The notes under the pieces: generated by a model
Seen by the model: the letters and a program-made list of their open reading frames with translations, nothing else
Databases searched by the model: none
Told to the model about the DNA's origin: nothing
Translations under genes and position numbers: made by a program
Shown here: one piece after another, positions 41,680 through 52,121 of the stretch
Layout of the letters: each line of letters begins with the position of its first letter
Numbering within the stretch: position 1 is the stretch's first letter
From: Candidatus Methanomethylicia archaeon
Lineage (GTDB): Archaea > Thermoproteota > Methanomethylicia > CALHIW01
Length of the DNA: 64,000 nucleotides
Assembly (NCBI GenBank): GCA_038845975.1
Contig: JAWBQF010000007.1
Span: forward strand, 1-64,000
Reading direction: 5' to 3'

Positions 41680-41763
41680 ATAAATAACAAATTTTTACAT
41701 TTAGAGCTTCTAAACGCTACATACATAAGCTGTAGAGGAATACATTGCTAACTACAAATTTTT

Positions 41764-42454
41764 GGCTTTGCTAACTTAAGCATGTTTTATCACATCTATT
41801 TTTGGTATTGTATTTTCTATGAATTCTTAGCTTTTATTTTCCTGTTAATCCATGTTTCGTTTAGCTATGCTATTGACTTCATAAGCATTAATGCATGCTC
41901 ATTATCGCATTTATCCTTCATGCACGGTATATAGTTATCGAATACTCTATCCTTAATGTATTGTATTATTCTCTCCATTAGATTCCTAACCTCTAAACTA
42001 TATCATGTTTTTAATATTTTAGATGCTTATAGTATTGCTTCATTACTTAATACAACTATATTTGAACCATAGATAGCTCTAACCTTTTAATGTTAGGGAT
42101 GTAAGTATGTTTGCAACATCATAAACCCATATGTAGAGAATTCTCCTCAATAATGGCTTAAACGCAACATAAATAACCTTCTCTTAGAATCTACACTAAT
42201 AATAGTATCATCAACCATAAATTCTAACATCCCCCTATCAAACTCAAATAGCTTAAGATAAACCACGATAATATAGATACTTCTAGTAACGATAAAGCTT
42301 ATAATATCTGAAGCCATTCTAGATGAATGGAAATATTGAGCAATAAACAACTAGAGTAAATGGAGTCCCCTCCCTAACAAACTTAACAAATTTAACCATA
42401 TTAACACCATAAATAGGGAGAGAACTCTCAAATAAATCTAAAGTTAACAAAGCC
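41764..42454 (-). mobile_element. IS6-family element with frameshifted transposase
   Basis: Same terminal inverted repeats as 4070..4630 and high similarity to it; keeps extra internal sequence; no target duplication visible. Confidence 0.8.
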
Positions 42455-42892
42455 GTATAGGGAGGAGGCATATACTTATGGCTTAATCATATTTTTCCCT
42501 TCCCAAATTGCGATATAGTTCGCTTAGTACCATCTATCATAATCAATACGATTTAACATTCCCCTCATATTTGATTGGGGTTAAATATTAGTGTCTTAAA
42601 AGATTTCGCTATATGAATTAATGAGTACGTCATAACTATTATAGTAAATACAGTCTTAGGCTAATTATTGATTTTAAAATCATTAATTACTCTTCTAAAT
42701 ATAACAGTCAACTAAATTAAGCATTATTATATACTGATAACTAATTCTAAACTTAGTTAATAAGAGTTTTCATGGTTTCAATTCATGTTAAATGTTATCT
42801 GAAGTTAATATAGAAAAAATAGTATATCAATAGTATGGAATGAATTAAGTTATAAGCTAAAGTTTAAATAGTTGCTGATAAATACATTTAAT

Positions 42893-43225
42893 ATGTCTGA
42901 GGAAATTATGGTTGTTAATACTGATTATGTTCCTGGAGTGGAGGTTGAGAGGGTTTTAGGTATTGTATGGGGTTCTTCTGTTAAAGCAAAACATGTTGGT
43001 AAGGATATTAAAATGGCTTTTAAACACTTGATTGGTGGGGAGTTGACGGATTATGCTGATATGCTTGAGGAGGCTAGAAAGATGGCTTTTAAAAGAATGA
43101 TTGAGAAGGCTAAGGCCCTAGGTGCTGATGCCGTAGTAAATGTAAGATTTACAACTTCAAATATAATGTCTGGAGCAGCCGAAATGGTTGCTTATGGTAC
43201 TGCTGTAAAGCTTAAAAAGCAGTAG
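42893..43225 (+). CDS. YbjQ/UPF0145 heavy-metal-binding family protein
   Basis: GGELTDY...GADAVVNVRF...AYGTAV; start trimmed to MSEE. Confidence 0.9.
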   Translation: MSEEIMVVNTDYVPGVEVERVLGIVWGSSVKAKHVGKDIKMAFKHLIGGELTDYADMLEEARKMAFKRMIEKAKALGADAVVNVRFTTSNIMSGAAEMVAYGTAVKLKKQ

Positions 43226-43369
43226 TCTCTGGTAGTTTCCTTAAAACAATTTTCGTCCCCTCTGTAAGAATATATTTATTATTAAACCTATGCTAATGTA
43301 TCCTTTATCTTCAAGTTTTTGAAGTCTTATTCTTAAACCTTCATCATCAACATCCATTTTCTCTCTAGT

Positions 43370-43620
43370 ACTCTCAAACTTACATATTAAGTATTGGGGA
43401 TAAATTACTCAAACCTTAACAATGCTTAATATGTATTTCCATTCATCTAGGATGACTTCATATATTCTAACTTTGTTATTGATAGGAGTTATATTATCAT
43501 GGTTTAGATCTTTAAGCTTGATTGTTATGATTATGGACTAATGAGAAAATAAGCACCAAGAATTCATAGAAACACAATACCAAAATGGAGGTAATAAGAC
43601 ATGCTTAAGTTCATAAGTCT
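43370..43620 (+). mobile_element. Inverted, internally deleted copy of the IS6-derived repeat
   Basis: GAATTCATAGAAACACAATACCAAAATGGAGG..CATGCTTAAGTT is the reverse complement of the element's left end; CATCTAGGATGACTTCA matches its internal part. Confidence 0.6.
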
Positions 43621-43674
43621 TTCATATGTTAAATAGATTTATATATTTCAGTTTTCTCACTAAATGGTGATACT

Positions 43675-44367
43675 TTGGGTTTATATCCAATAGTGTTTAT
43701 TCATGGTGCAGGAGGTAATCATAAGGTTTGGGCTTATCAAGTTAAATATTTTAAGAATTCTATTGCTATTGATTTACCTGGTCATGATGGTGGTGAGGGT
43801 AAGCGAAGTATTGAGGAGTATGTGGAGTATGTAAGGGATTTTCTTGATAGGAATAGCTTGAGAAATGTTGTTTTGGTAGGGCATTCAATGGGTGGTGCTA
43901 TAGTTCAAATGTTTGCATTGAAGTATTCAAACTATTTAAAAGCAATAGTTCTAGTATGTACTGGAGCTAGACTTAGAGTTTTACCTAAAATATTTAAGTT
44001 GATACATGAGGATTATTCTAAAGCTGTTGATTTTATTGTCAGTATGGCTGTATCGAGTAATGCAAGTCAGACTATTAGAAACCGAGTTAAAGAGGAACTG
44101 CTAAAGACTAGTCCTGAAGTGATTTATGGGGATTTTGAAGCATGTGATAAATTCGATTTAATGAACCAAATTAGTAGTATAAGTGTGAAGACATTAATTA
44201 TATGTGGCTCCGATGACCTATTAACCCCTGTAAAATATTCGAAATATCTTAATGAGAAGATATCTGGCTCTACATTAAGAGTAGTTGAAGGCTCAGGACA
44301 TATGGTAATGATAGAGAAACCTGAGGAATTCAATAATATACTATATGAGTTTATCCATTCACTTTAA
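43675..44367 (+). CDS. Alpha/beta hydrolase
   Basis: HGAGG, DLPGH, GHSMGG, D and GH catalytic motifs. Confidence 0.9.
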   Translation: MGLYPIVFIHGAGGNHKVWAYQVKYFKNSIAIDLPGHDGGEGKRSIEEYVEYVRDFLDRNSLRNVVLVGHSMGGAIVQMFALKYSNYLKAIVLVCTGARLRVLPKIFKLIHEDYSKAVDFIVSMAVSSNASQTIRNRVKEELLKTSPEVIYGDFEACDKFDLMNQISSISVKTLIICGSDDLLTPVKYSKYLNEKISGSTLRVVEGSGHMVMIEKPEEFNNILYEFIHSL

Positions 44368-44450
44368 ACAGAATATCTGTAAGAAACTTATATTTTACTT
44401 TTATTAGTTAACATCATAAAGCTTAACCGTAAATTCCTAAAGGTTTAGGT

Positions 44451-45077
44451 ATGAAGGGTATCGGTATCATACCTGTTAAACATTTAAACTATGCTAAGAG
44501 TAGGCTTTCTAATATTCTAGATACTAATAATAGAATTAAGCTTTGCCTACTTATGCTTACAGATGTTCTTAATGCTCTAACATCATCCAAGCTTTCAAGT
44601 ATAATTGTTATTTCACCTGATAGTAGAGTTTTAGGTCTTGCTAGGTCTTTTGGTGTTGATACTGTTAGTGTTGATTTAGGATTAAACGAATCCATAAACT
44701 ACGTTAAAAACATCACTAACAATTTCGATTTAAGTATCGTTACTCCATTAGATATTCCATTAATTGAACCTATGGACATCAATAGAATTATTGATTTAAG
44801 CCTAAACTATAATGTTATTATATCCCCTTCACGTGATATGTGTGGTACAAACATTTTATGCCGTAAGCCACCAAACAACATGGAAACATTCTTCGGTGAT
44901 TTAAGCTTTAAGAAACATATTGATGAAGCAACTAGGAGAGGATTAAAAATTAAGATTTATAGTTCTCTTAGAGTATCTATTGATATAGATTCAAGTAGAG
45001 ATCTTGATTTTGCCTTAAAATATTGTCGTGAACATAATGTAAATAAACGATTTATAAGCATGTTTAATTCTAAGTAA
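44451..45077 (+). CDS. cofC: 2-phospho-L-lactate/PEP guanylyltransferase CofC
   Basis: IPVK..AKSRL, DIPLI, GTN, SFKKH, DIDS..DL. Confidence 0.88.
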   Translation: MKGIGIIPVKHLNYAKSRLSNILDTNNRIKLCLLMLTDVLNALTSSKLSSIIVISPDSRVLGLARSFGVDTVSVDLGLNESINYVKNITNNFDLSIVTPLDIPLIEPMDINRIIDLSLNYNVIISPSRDMCGTNILCRKPPNNMETFFGDLSFKKHIDEATRRGLKIKIYSSLRVSIDIDSSRDLDFALKYCREHNVNKRFISMFNSK

Positions 45078-45115
45078 TATATATTAACATTAGCCAATAG
45101 AATTCATTACCGATG

Positions 45116-46471
45116 CTAAGTTGTTAGTAGAAACATAACTGTTAATATTAATGCTACTATTATTATTGTTCTCTGTATTATTCTTATCTTAAGCCCCCTC
45201 ATTGAAGCTAGCTTCTCAACTGTTAAAATTCCTAAACATGCTAATATTGTTAGTATTATATATGGAGTTACTGTTCCTATGTTTAATGCTACTATGTTTA
45301 TTAGTGACTCTACGGGTTGATATGGTAGCTTAGCTATATAGTATGTTGTTACTGGTGCTATACATGGCATTTTAACTAGGGAGAATATAAGCCCAAGAAT
45401 GAAGTATAAATATAAGCTTCTAGATGAAACCACCCTATTCGCTAATCTTAGTAGGAGTTTAGGTGTTCTAAATAGTGGAAGTACTCCTCTACTAGCATCC
45501 ATAGCTATACCTATTTTTTCCACTTTTATTTCTAGAATTATTTCAATCAAATAGTAAGCTATTAATACTAGGAGTACTATTATTAGAGCTGTTGTTGCAT
45601 GCTGAATGTTTTGAATTATTATTGGTGATGAAAACACTATGAAACTAAATATAAGATACGAGTAGAGCACTCCTAACGCTACTGCTATAAGCTTCATAAA
45701 CCTTCCACTTCCGCTTATAGTTGCAATGATAAATGTCATTATGGCTATTATACATGGATTAAATCCCTGAATAGCTCCAACTATGAAGGCTACTATTGGG
45801 CTTTCAATAGGTTGTGTTTGAGGTTTTTGGCTTAGCTCCGGTATTTCTGGAATGATTATCCTAAGATCCCTGCTTGATACGTTTCTCAACTCAAACATTT
45901 TCTCTATTGCCTTAATGATTGCTTCATCATTTAAATCCCATGAAAGCTTTAATGCTAAATCACCATATAAAGCTATAATTTCTATAGTATTCAATTTCGG
46001 TTTTGAGCTGTTTACCTCTCTATATATCTTATCAGCTATTGAGGAGTTTTTAGCTATATTTATGAATTCCTTCTCTATATCTATAATCTCTGAAATCCAG
46101 TTTTTAACTCTAGAGTTGAACTGTTGCTTATAGTCTTCCTCGCATGATGGGCAATTTGTGTTTAAAAAGACGTATACATGTACCACTGTATTGTTAAATA
46201 TTGGCTTTATCCTATATGGTATACTTCCTGTTAAACTATATATTTCAGCTTCAATTCCCATTTCTAAAGTTAACAATTCAGCTTTCTCTCTTAGCTCCTT
46301 AAGCTTATTCATTAAAACGTTTAAGTCGCTTATCTGTTTCTCTAATTTCTCCCTCTCTGCCTGTAATGCTGTTATCTGTGCATTTATGTAAAAATGTGTA
46401 AGTATCAATATTAATACTAATGTAAATGTTAACATCTTAACTATGCTGTAAGCATAAAGTACTTTAGACAA
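45116..46471 (-). CDS. CcdA/DsbD-like transmembrane protein fused to a coiled coil and CxxC thioredoxin-like domain
   Basis: CPSC motif; GFNPC and KMPCIAP transmembrane cysteines. Confidence 0.75.
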   Translation of the reverse strand: MSKVLYAYSIVKMLTFTLVLILILTHFYINAQITALQAEREKLEKQISDLNVLMNKLKELREKAELLTLEMGIEAEIYSLTGSIPYRIKPIFNNTVVHVYVFLNTNCPSCEEDYKQQFNSRVKNWISEIIDIEKEFINIAKNSSIADKIYREVNSSKPKLNTIEIIALYGDLALKLSWDLNDEAIIKAIEKMFELRNVSSRDLRIIIPEIPELSQKPQTQPIESPIVAFIVGAIQGFNPCIIAIMTFIIATISGSGRFMKLIAVALGVLYSYLIFSFIVFSSPIIIQNIQHATTALIIVLLVLIAYYLIEIILEIKVEKIGIAMDASRGVLPLFRTPKLLLRLANRVVSSRSLYLYFILGLIFSLVKMPCIAPVTTYYIAKLPYQPVESLINIVALNIGTVTPYIILTILACLGILTVEKLASMRGLKIRIIQRTIIIVALILTVMFLLTT

Positions 46472-47022
46472 TTAGTATACACCTCTAAATCTGATAATAT
46501 GGTGTTAAGATCAAGTATTAACATTTCATTTCTATTAAGGAAAACTACATATTCATATTGCATGTGGGGTCTAGTCTGATATGCTTTACTGAATATTTCT
46601 TTAAGTATATTAAAGTTTGATGGAGAATATATTTGTAAGTATGCTATACTAACATTTTCTAGAAATACTCCTTTAAAATATTTTTCCAATGATGTTTTAT
46701 TATGTTCTGGATATAAAACATCATTATAAAACACCAGTACAGTTACTGTACTAACATTATTTCCAATGCTTAAAGGTTTAATACCTCTGTTAAGTAGCCA
46801 TAGTTTAATATTGTATACTTCTCTCATTTTAATATGTTTTTCATTAGCTTCATTAATTTCCTCCCTTAAGTTATTAGCTTTACTAATTAGAATTGAAAGA
46901 CTTGATTTAATACTGCTAAATCTCTCCACTTCATCCTCAAGCATTCTAATATCTTGAACTATTGCATATATCAGTATAATTGTAGCTATTAGAGTAGCGG
47001 CTAGAAACAATTTATTAATCAC
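46441..47022 (-). CDS. TM plus coiled-coil protein with degenerate thioredoxin-like domain
   Basis: IKP....V.VLVFYN aligns with IKP....VHVYVFLN of the neighbouring gene but lacks CxxC. Confidence 0.6.
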   Translation of the reverse strand: MINKLFLAATLIATIILIYAIVQDIRMLEDEVERFSSIKSSLSILISKANNLREEINEANEKHIKMREVYNIKLWLLNRGIKPLSIGNNVSTVTVLVFYNDVLYPEHNKTSLEKYFKGVFLENVSIAYLQIYSPSNFNILKEIFSKAYQTRPHMQYEYVVFLNRNEMLILDLNTILSDLEVYTNCLKYFMLTA

Positions 47023-47126
47023 AAGCTAAGTTTAACCCCTACTTTATAAAACTAACGTTACGAAACTTAACCACATGAATTACATGAAGATTAATAATAC
47101 TGTTTCCATGAAGTAAAATATTATGT

Positions 47127-47993
47127 CTAAATACTTACATATTTACTTTTTAGTAGTATAGCATCCCCCTCAATATTTGGTGATTCGCTTATAATTACTC
47201 CCTTAATATTGAAGTCTTTTAGGGCTCTTGCTAGATCATAGTAGTTATAGTCAGCCTCCTCAAGATTAACATGTTTTACTTCTCCTCTCTCACCATATAT
47301 TATTCCTGAGAAATGCATATGCATATTGTTTAAAGCCTCTCTACCAAGCTTTTCTTCAATCTGTTCAAATATTGAAGCTATTTCACCATATTTATTGTAT
47401 CCACCAATACTTCTAGCATGTAAATGGGCGAAATCTACACATGGAAGAACCCCCTCAAAATTCTGGCTTAATGCTAGGACTTCTTCAAGAGAGCCGAATT
47501 CTGCAAGTCCTCCTGAGGTTTCCGGTCTTATCCAAATTTTAATTCCCTCATCTCTTAATGTCTTTACAATCTCTTTTAGTGCATTATTAACTCTATCGTA
47601 AACTATTTTCAACTCGTCTTCACCATAATATGCTGCATGGAAGACAATAGACCATCCTCCAGCAGTATGAGTAATCCTAGCAGTATCAAGAATTCTCCTA
47701 ATACTAGCCTTAACCTTATCTTTATCTGGAGAGTTTAGATTAATATAGTAGGGAGCGTGTGCTGTTAAAACTACATTCTCCTTTACACTTACCTCTTTCA
47801 CCTCTAAGGCTGTTTCTCTACTCATCTTTATACCTCTAACAAACTCCATCTCCATAGCATCTAAACCTAAAATCCTAACCTGCTTAATCCCGTTAATACT
47901 TGATGGTTTAGGAGTACTTATAGGTACTCCAGCTGTACCAAATAGTAAACTATTAATATTCACCTTATCCACCGACAATATTAATCCGCACAA
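47127..47993 (-). CDS. nfo: Endonuclease IV (AP endonuclease family 2)
   Basis: HAPYYINLNS, FHAAYY, RPET, DFAHLHAR, HMHFSG, ISESP. Confidence 0.9.
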   Translation of the reverse strand: MCGLILSVDKVNINSLLFGTAGVPISTPKPSSINGIKQVRILGLDAMEMEFVRGIKMSRETALEVKEVSVKENVVLTAHAPYYINLNSPDKDKVKASIRRILDTARITHTAGGWSIVFHAAYYGEDELKIVYDRVNNALKEIVKTLRDEGIKIWIRPETSGGLAEFGSLEEVLALSQNFEGVLPCVDFAHLHARSIGGYNKYGEIASIFEQIEEKLGREALNNMHMHFSGIIYGERGEVKHVNLEEADYNYYDLARALKDFNIKGVIISESPNIEGDAILLKSKYVSI

Positions 47994-48460
47994 AAATTAA
48001 AGCTTACTACTTAACAGCTTATTCTTAACATCTATAGTGAAGATATTTTGACGTATTCCCCACTTATAAAACATGTCTAATTCACTTGTTAATCTTATAT
48101 ACTCTTGCCCGCTAGTACCCATAATTATAGTCCAGAGATTGGTGTGATGCTAGATCAAGCTTGAATATACATTTAACCTAGCTATAGTTAATAAATAGTA
48201 GCTTAGGTATGGATCTACGCAAGACTTCTAGTAAATTCTTCAAGCTGCTTAAATCTATGAAATATTAAGCATAATATTACTAAGAGGCTAATGTATATCT
48301 CTATAGCCTTAAAAGCCTACTAATTCTATCATTCATATACTTAAACCCATCATTGTATCTATCAGCAAATCTAAGACTTAAATTAAACCCATCACATCCA
48401 ATAAGTTTCCTATCAATAACTCTCTAATCCATAGATAAAGTAAAAGTTAATCCATAAGTA

Positions 48461-48751
48461 TTAAATTTCTATTTGAGACTCATCATTAACATTTAGAAAC
48501 ACAACTCTTCCCTTAATATGTGTTGCTAGTACTGGTAGTCCACCAGCTTTTAAAGCTACATCGATTAAATTCTTTGCAATAGTATTTCTTCTCCATTTAC
48601 ATTGTATAAGCAGTATTTTACCATTCTTTACAGCTAGTAAATCAAAGGGACCCTTACTCCCAGCACTTCTTGTAACAATCCATCCCTTAGCTTCAAGCTT
48701 ATCTTTAATATAATGCTCAAAACGTCTACCCTTAACGTATGATCTACTCAT
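48461..48751 (-). CDS. Hjc-like Holliday junction resolvase / PD-(D/E)xK nuclease
   Basis: KGRRFE..GWIVTRSAGS..FDLLA..IQCK. Confidence 0.78.
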   Translation of the reverse strand: MSRSYVKGRRFEHYIKDKLEAKGWIVTRSAGSKGPFDLLAVKNGKILLIQCKWRRNTIAKNLIDVALKAGGLPVLATHIKGRVVFLNVNDESQIEI

Positions 48752-48982
48752 ACTAATATAACTATTTAAACCTATATATTAACTCATCTATTATATAAAT
48801 GTAAATTTATGAGGTAAGCTTATAGTTATCTAGTAAAGAGTAAATGTTCTAGTAGTATGTACATTATAATAGAGTAGAATACAGGATAAATCAGATATTT
48901 CATTTGAATATTGTGAATTAACTATAAATTTTAAGATTTTAGCTGATAGTAAAGTTTTTAGCTTTTGATATTTTGATATGCT

Positions 48983-49864
48983 ATGGGTTTTACTGGGATT
49001 TTAACAAGGAATCCTATGGGCTGGTGTAGTATTCAGCTTCAGGAAGCTCTTTCAAGAAGAGGTGTTAAATTTGTTTGTTTCCGTTTTCAGGATATTGTTG
49101 CTCATGTGGGGTTTAAGCCTATAGTTCTTATTAAGGGTATTGATGTCTTAAGAGATGTTGATGCTATTATTATTAGACCTATTGGCCGTGGGAGTCTTGA
49201 TGAATGTATTTTTAGAATGGATGTTTTACATAGGCTTTCACGTTTTGGTGTTTATATTGTTAATCATCCTTCAGCTATTGAGAAATGTGTTGATAAATAC
49301 CATGCATTAGCAATATTGGAGGAGAATAGTTTACCTGTACCTAAAACTGTTGTTACTGAAAACATAAGTGAAGCATTGAGAGCGTTTAGAGAGCTTGGCT
49401 GTGATGTGGTTATTAAGCCTGTTTTCGGGTCTAGAGGTCATGGAGTTACAAGGATAATTGACCCTGATATTGCAAGAACGGTTTTTCATTCATTAAGCTT
49501 TACACATAATGTTTTATATGTTCAGGAGTTTATACCTCACGGTACTAGGGATATTAGAGCCTTTGTTGTTGGGGATGAAGTTATTGCTGCTATGTATAGG
49601 GAGTCATCCTCATGGAAGACAAATGTTGCTATGGGCGGTAGACCTAGACCGTTAAAGCCTGAAGGCGAATTTGCTGAGTTAGCTGTTAAAGCCGCTAAAA
49701 CACTTGGATGTGAAGTTGCTGGTGTTGATATTATGGAGAGCTCTAATGGTTTTGTCGTGAATGAAGTTAATAGTCAGCCTGGATGGATGGGTCTCCAAAC
49801 GGTTACACATATAAATATTGCTGATAGAATTGTTGATTATGTTTTATTAAGAGCTAGGAGGTAG
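48983..49864 (+). CDS. RimK-family ATP-grasp ligase (H4MPT:glutamate ligase MptN-like)
   Basis: RPIGRGSL..IFRMDVL, KPVFGSRG, QEF..DIR, WKTNVA, EVNSQPGW. Confidence 0.85.
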   Translation: MGFTGILTRNPMGWCSIQLQEALSRRGVKFVCFRFQDIVAHVGFKPIVLIKGIDVLRDVDAIIIRPIGRGSLDECIFRMDVLHRLSRFGVYIVNHPSAIEKCVDKYHALAILEENSLPVPKTVVTENISEALRAFRELGCDVVIKPVFGSRGHGVTRIIDPDIARTVFHSLSFTHNVLYVQEFIPHGTRDIRAFVVGDEVIAAMYRESSSWKTNVAMGGRPRPLKPEGEFAELAVKAAKTLGCEVAGVDIMESSNGFVVNEVNSQPGWMGLQTVTHINIADRIVDYVLLRARR

Positions 49865-49870
49865 GATTTA

Positions 49871-50803
49871 ATGGGTCTTATTGATTTTATTGTAAGGTGT
49901 GCTCAGCTTGCATTGTTATTAGAGGTTTCTGGATATCCTAAGCCTGGTAATGTTCATAGAATATCTGATTTTAAAGATACTAGATATGAGCATTTCCTAG
50001 CTTCAGCAGTAGCTATTGAGCCCTGTTTAAGACGTGCAGCTTATAGAGGATTAAAAGCTTCACGTAATTTAATTGGTTTAGATGATCTTCGCTTAGGTTA
50101 TCTTATAAAGTATGGTGTTAAAGAAGTTTCTAAATGGCAAAGTGGAGGTAATACTTGTTTAGGTATATTGACGTTAATAATTCCATTGACATGTGCAGCA
50201 GTTATATCGTTTAGAGAGGGTTTAGCTAATTTTAGAAGCTATGTTGAAAAGATTGTTAAATCAACAACTCCTAGGGACTCTATTGACTTTTATGATGCTA
50301 TATCTATTGCAAATCCTGGTGGTCTAGGTAGTTCTCCTAGGCTTGATGTTAAAGATTTAAAATCAAGAGATCAAATTGTTAGGGAGAATATAGGATTGTT
50401 TGAGGTGTTCAAAATATCTGCAAGCTACGACCTAATATCTCGCGAGTGGGTTACTGTCTTTGAGATAAGTTTTGAAGTTGGCTCACCCTACTTTACCAAA
50501 CTTATGAATGAGCTTGGAGATGTCAATGTAGCTACAGTACATACATTTCTAAAAATACTCTCCACATATCCAGATACATTAATAGCCCGTAAAGCCGGTT
50601 TAGATAGAGCTCGTGAAGTATCGGATAGAGCTCGTGAAGTTCTTAATGCTGGTGGTCTACTAACTGAGGATGGTAAGAGAATGATATGGAGCTTTGACAG
50701 AGAGCTTAGAAATGAGGGGAATAAGCTAAATCCTGGAAGTACTGCAGATCTTGTTGCATCAAGCATTATGATATCGCTTCTAATAGGTAAAATTAAGCTG
50801 TGA
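49871..50803 (+). CDS. citG: Triphosphoribosyl-dephospho-CoA synthase CitG-like protein
   Basis: LLEVSGYPKPGNVHR, NTCLG, DTLIARK, NPGSTADL. Confidence 0.85.
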   Translation: MGLIDFIVRCAQLALLLEVSGYPKPGNVHRISDFKDTRYEHFLASAVAIEPCLRRAAYRGLKASRNLIGLDDLRLGYLIKYGVKEVSKWQSGGNTCLGILTLIIPLTCAAVISFREGLANFRSYVEKIVKSTTPRDSIDFYDAISIANPGGLGSSPRLDVKDLKSRDQIVRENIGLFEVFKISASYDLISREWVTVFEISFEVGSPYFTKLMNELGDVNVATVHTFLKILSTYPDTLIARKAGLDRAREVSDRAREVLNAGGLLTEDGKRMIWSFDRELRNEGNKLNPGSTADLVASSIMISLLIGKIKL

Positions 50804-50804
50804 G

Positions 50805-51566
50805 GTGTGGTTTTTGCTAAGTAAAGTTAGGATTTTAAGGTTTGTTGATGGTGAGGGATATAGTGAACTTGAAGATCTTGTTGCTGTAGAATCTATATTA
50901 AATATCCATATCAATAATAAGCCCTATATTACTTTGTTTTTAACGCCGGTAATGATTGAGGAGTTGGTTATTGGTAATTTGTATACTTCAGGTATTGTTA
51001 AGTCAATCAGCGACATCAACTCCATTAAGATTAGCGGTGAATCTGTATATGTAGATGTTAGGGGTAATGTGGAAACTAGATATAAGGGTGTTAAGCCCTC
51101 TTCATGTATGGATGATGTTTTAAATTTAACTATTGAATATAAGGTATGCAGCTTCAATTTTAGGGTTAAGCCTAAAAACATACTTGAAGCTTCTAGACTA
51201 ATGCATAGTAAAGCTGTAATATTTAAGCAGACAGGATGTACACATTGTGCCGCCATTTTTAATGAAAACTTAGAAATACTTGCATTAGCGGAGGATATTG
51301 GGAGACATAATGCTATAGATAAAGTAATAGGATACATGATTAAAAATCTACTACCAACAGAGAAAAGCATACTTACAGTTTCAGGTAGATTAACATATGA
51401 AGTTGTTCTTAAAGCTGCTATAGCTAAAATACCAATAGTAGCATCCATATCAGCTCCATCAAAGGCTGGGATTAATCTTGCTAGCAAGATAGGTATAACA
51501 CTAGTAGGCTTTACTCGCGGACGTAGATTTAACATATATACATATCCTGAGAGAATAATACAGTAA
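50805..51566 (+). CDS. fdhD: Formate dehydrogenase sulfurtransferase FdhD
   Basis: FKQTGCTHCAA, EDIGRHNAIDKVIG, SGR, SAP, LVGFTR. Confidence 0.92.
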   Translation: MWFLLSKVRILRFVDGEGYSELEDLVAVESILNIHINNKPYITLFLTPVMIEELVIGNLYTSGIVKSISDINSIKISGESVYVDVRGNVETRYKGVKPSSCMDDVLNLTIEYKVCSFNFRVKPKNILEASRLMHSKAVIFKQTGCTHCAAIFNENLEILALAEDIGRHNAIDKVIGYMIKNLLPTEKSILTVSGRLTYEVVLKAAIAKIPIVASISAPSKAGINLASKIGITLVGFTRGRRFNIYTYPERIIQ

Positions 51567-51663
51567 CAGCGTGATTCATAGTGACTTAAGCTAATTAGAA
51601 AGCCATTGAAGTCTATATTAAGATTTACGTAGAGTTTAAATTCTACGGTTTCTCTATTATTTA

Positions 51664-51714
51664 GCGATGATTTGAAGTCCAGCGGATGACGTGATGATAT
51701 AATAAACCATCTGA
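51664..51714 (+). ncRNA. Box C/D sRNA candidate
   Basis: C GCGATGA, guide TTTGAAGTCCAGCGG, D' ATGA, C' GTGATGA, guide TATAATAAACCAT, D CTGA; 51 nt; TTTAAA about 25 nt upstream. Confidence 0.62.
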
Positions 51715-51722
51715 GCCTTAAG

Positions 51723-52121
51723 GTGTTAGGTATGTTTCAATGTATTAAATGTGGAAGATGCTGTGAGAATACTGAAATGATCTTGTTAAGGGAGGATATT
51801 GAACGTATAGCTTCATTAGGATTTAAAACTGAAGACTTTGTAGTTTATAATAAAGGTTTCCATAGACTTAAAAACATTAATGGTAAATGTGTATTTCTAA
51901 ATCCTAAAACAAGACTATGTAGTATTTATGATTGGAGACCTAAAGGCTGTAAACTCTACCCTATAATATATGTTGTTAGAAGCTGCTTTGAAGAAATAAC
52001 TGTAGATAACAATTGTCCACAAGCACATACAGTTGACAATAATGATGTTAAATTGGCTGCCCCTCAAATAGCTGATTTAGTATCTAGTATTTTGAGAGAA
52101 AGAATATGTTATAGATCTTAA
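51723..52121 (+). CDS. YkgJ/UPF0153 Cys-cluster protein
   Basis: CIKCGRCC, CVFL, CSIY..RP..CKLYP, CP. Confidence 0.85.
   Translation: MLGMFQCIKCGRCCENTEMILLREDIERIASLGFKTEDFVVYNKGFHRLKNINGKCVFLNPKTRLCSIYDWRPKGCKLYPIIYVVRSCFEEITVDNNCPQAHTVDNNDVKLAAPQIADLVSSILRERICYRS

Noticed and set aside
41496-41726. Minus-strand 76-aa Ser/His-repeat ORF
   Set aside because: Antisense shadow of the Glu/Trp peptide, which has the promoter and SD
50603-50640. 17-bp direct repeat within citG (DRAREV twice)
   Set aside because: In-frame local repeat in a helical segment; only two units
51640-51720. tRNA-Sec gene on the minus strand (CTGGACTTCAAATC)
   Set aside because: The anticodon stem does not close and there is no T-arm or acceptor stem; the C/D interpretation fits better
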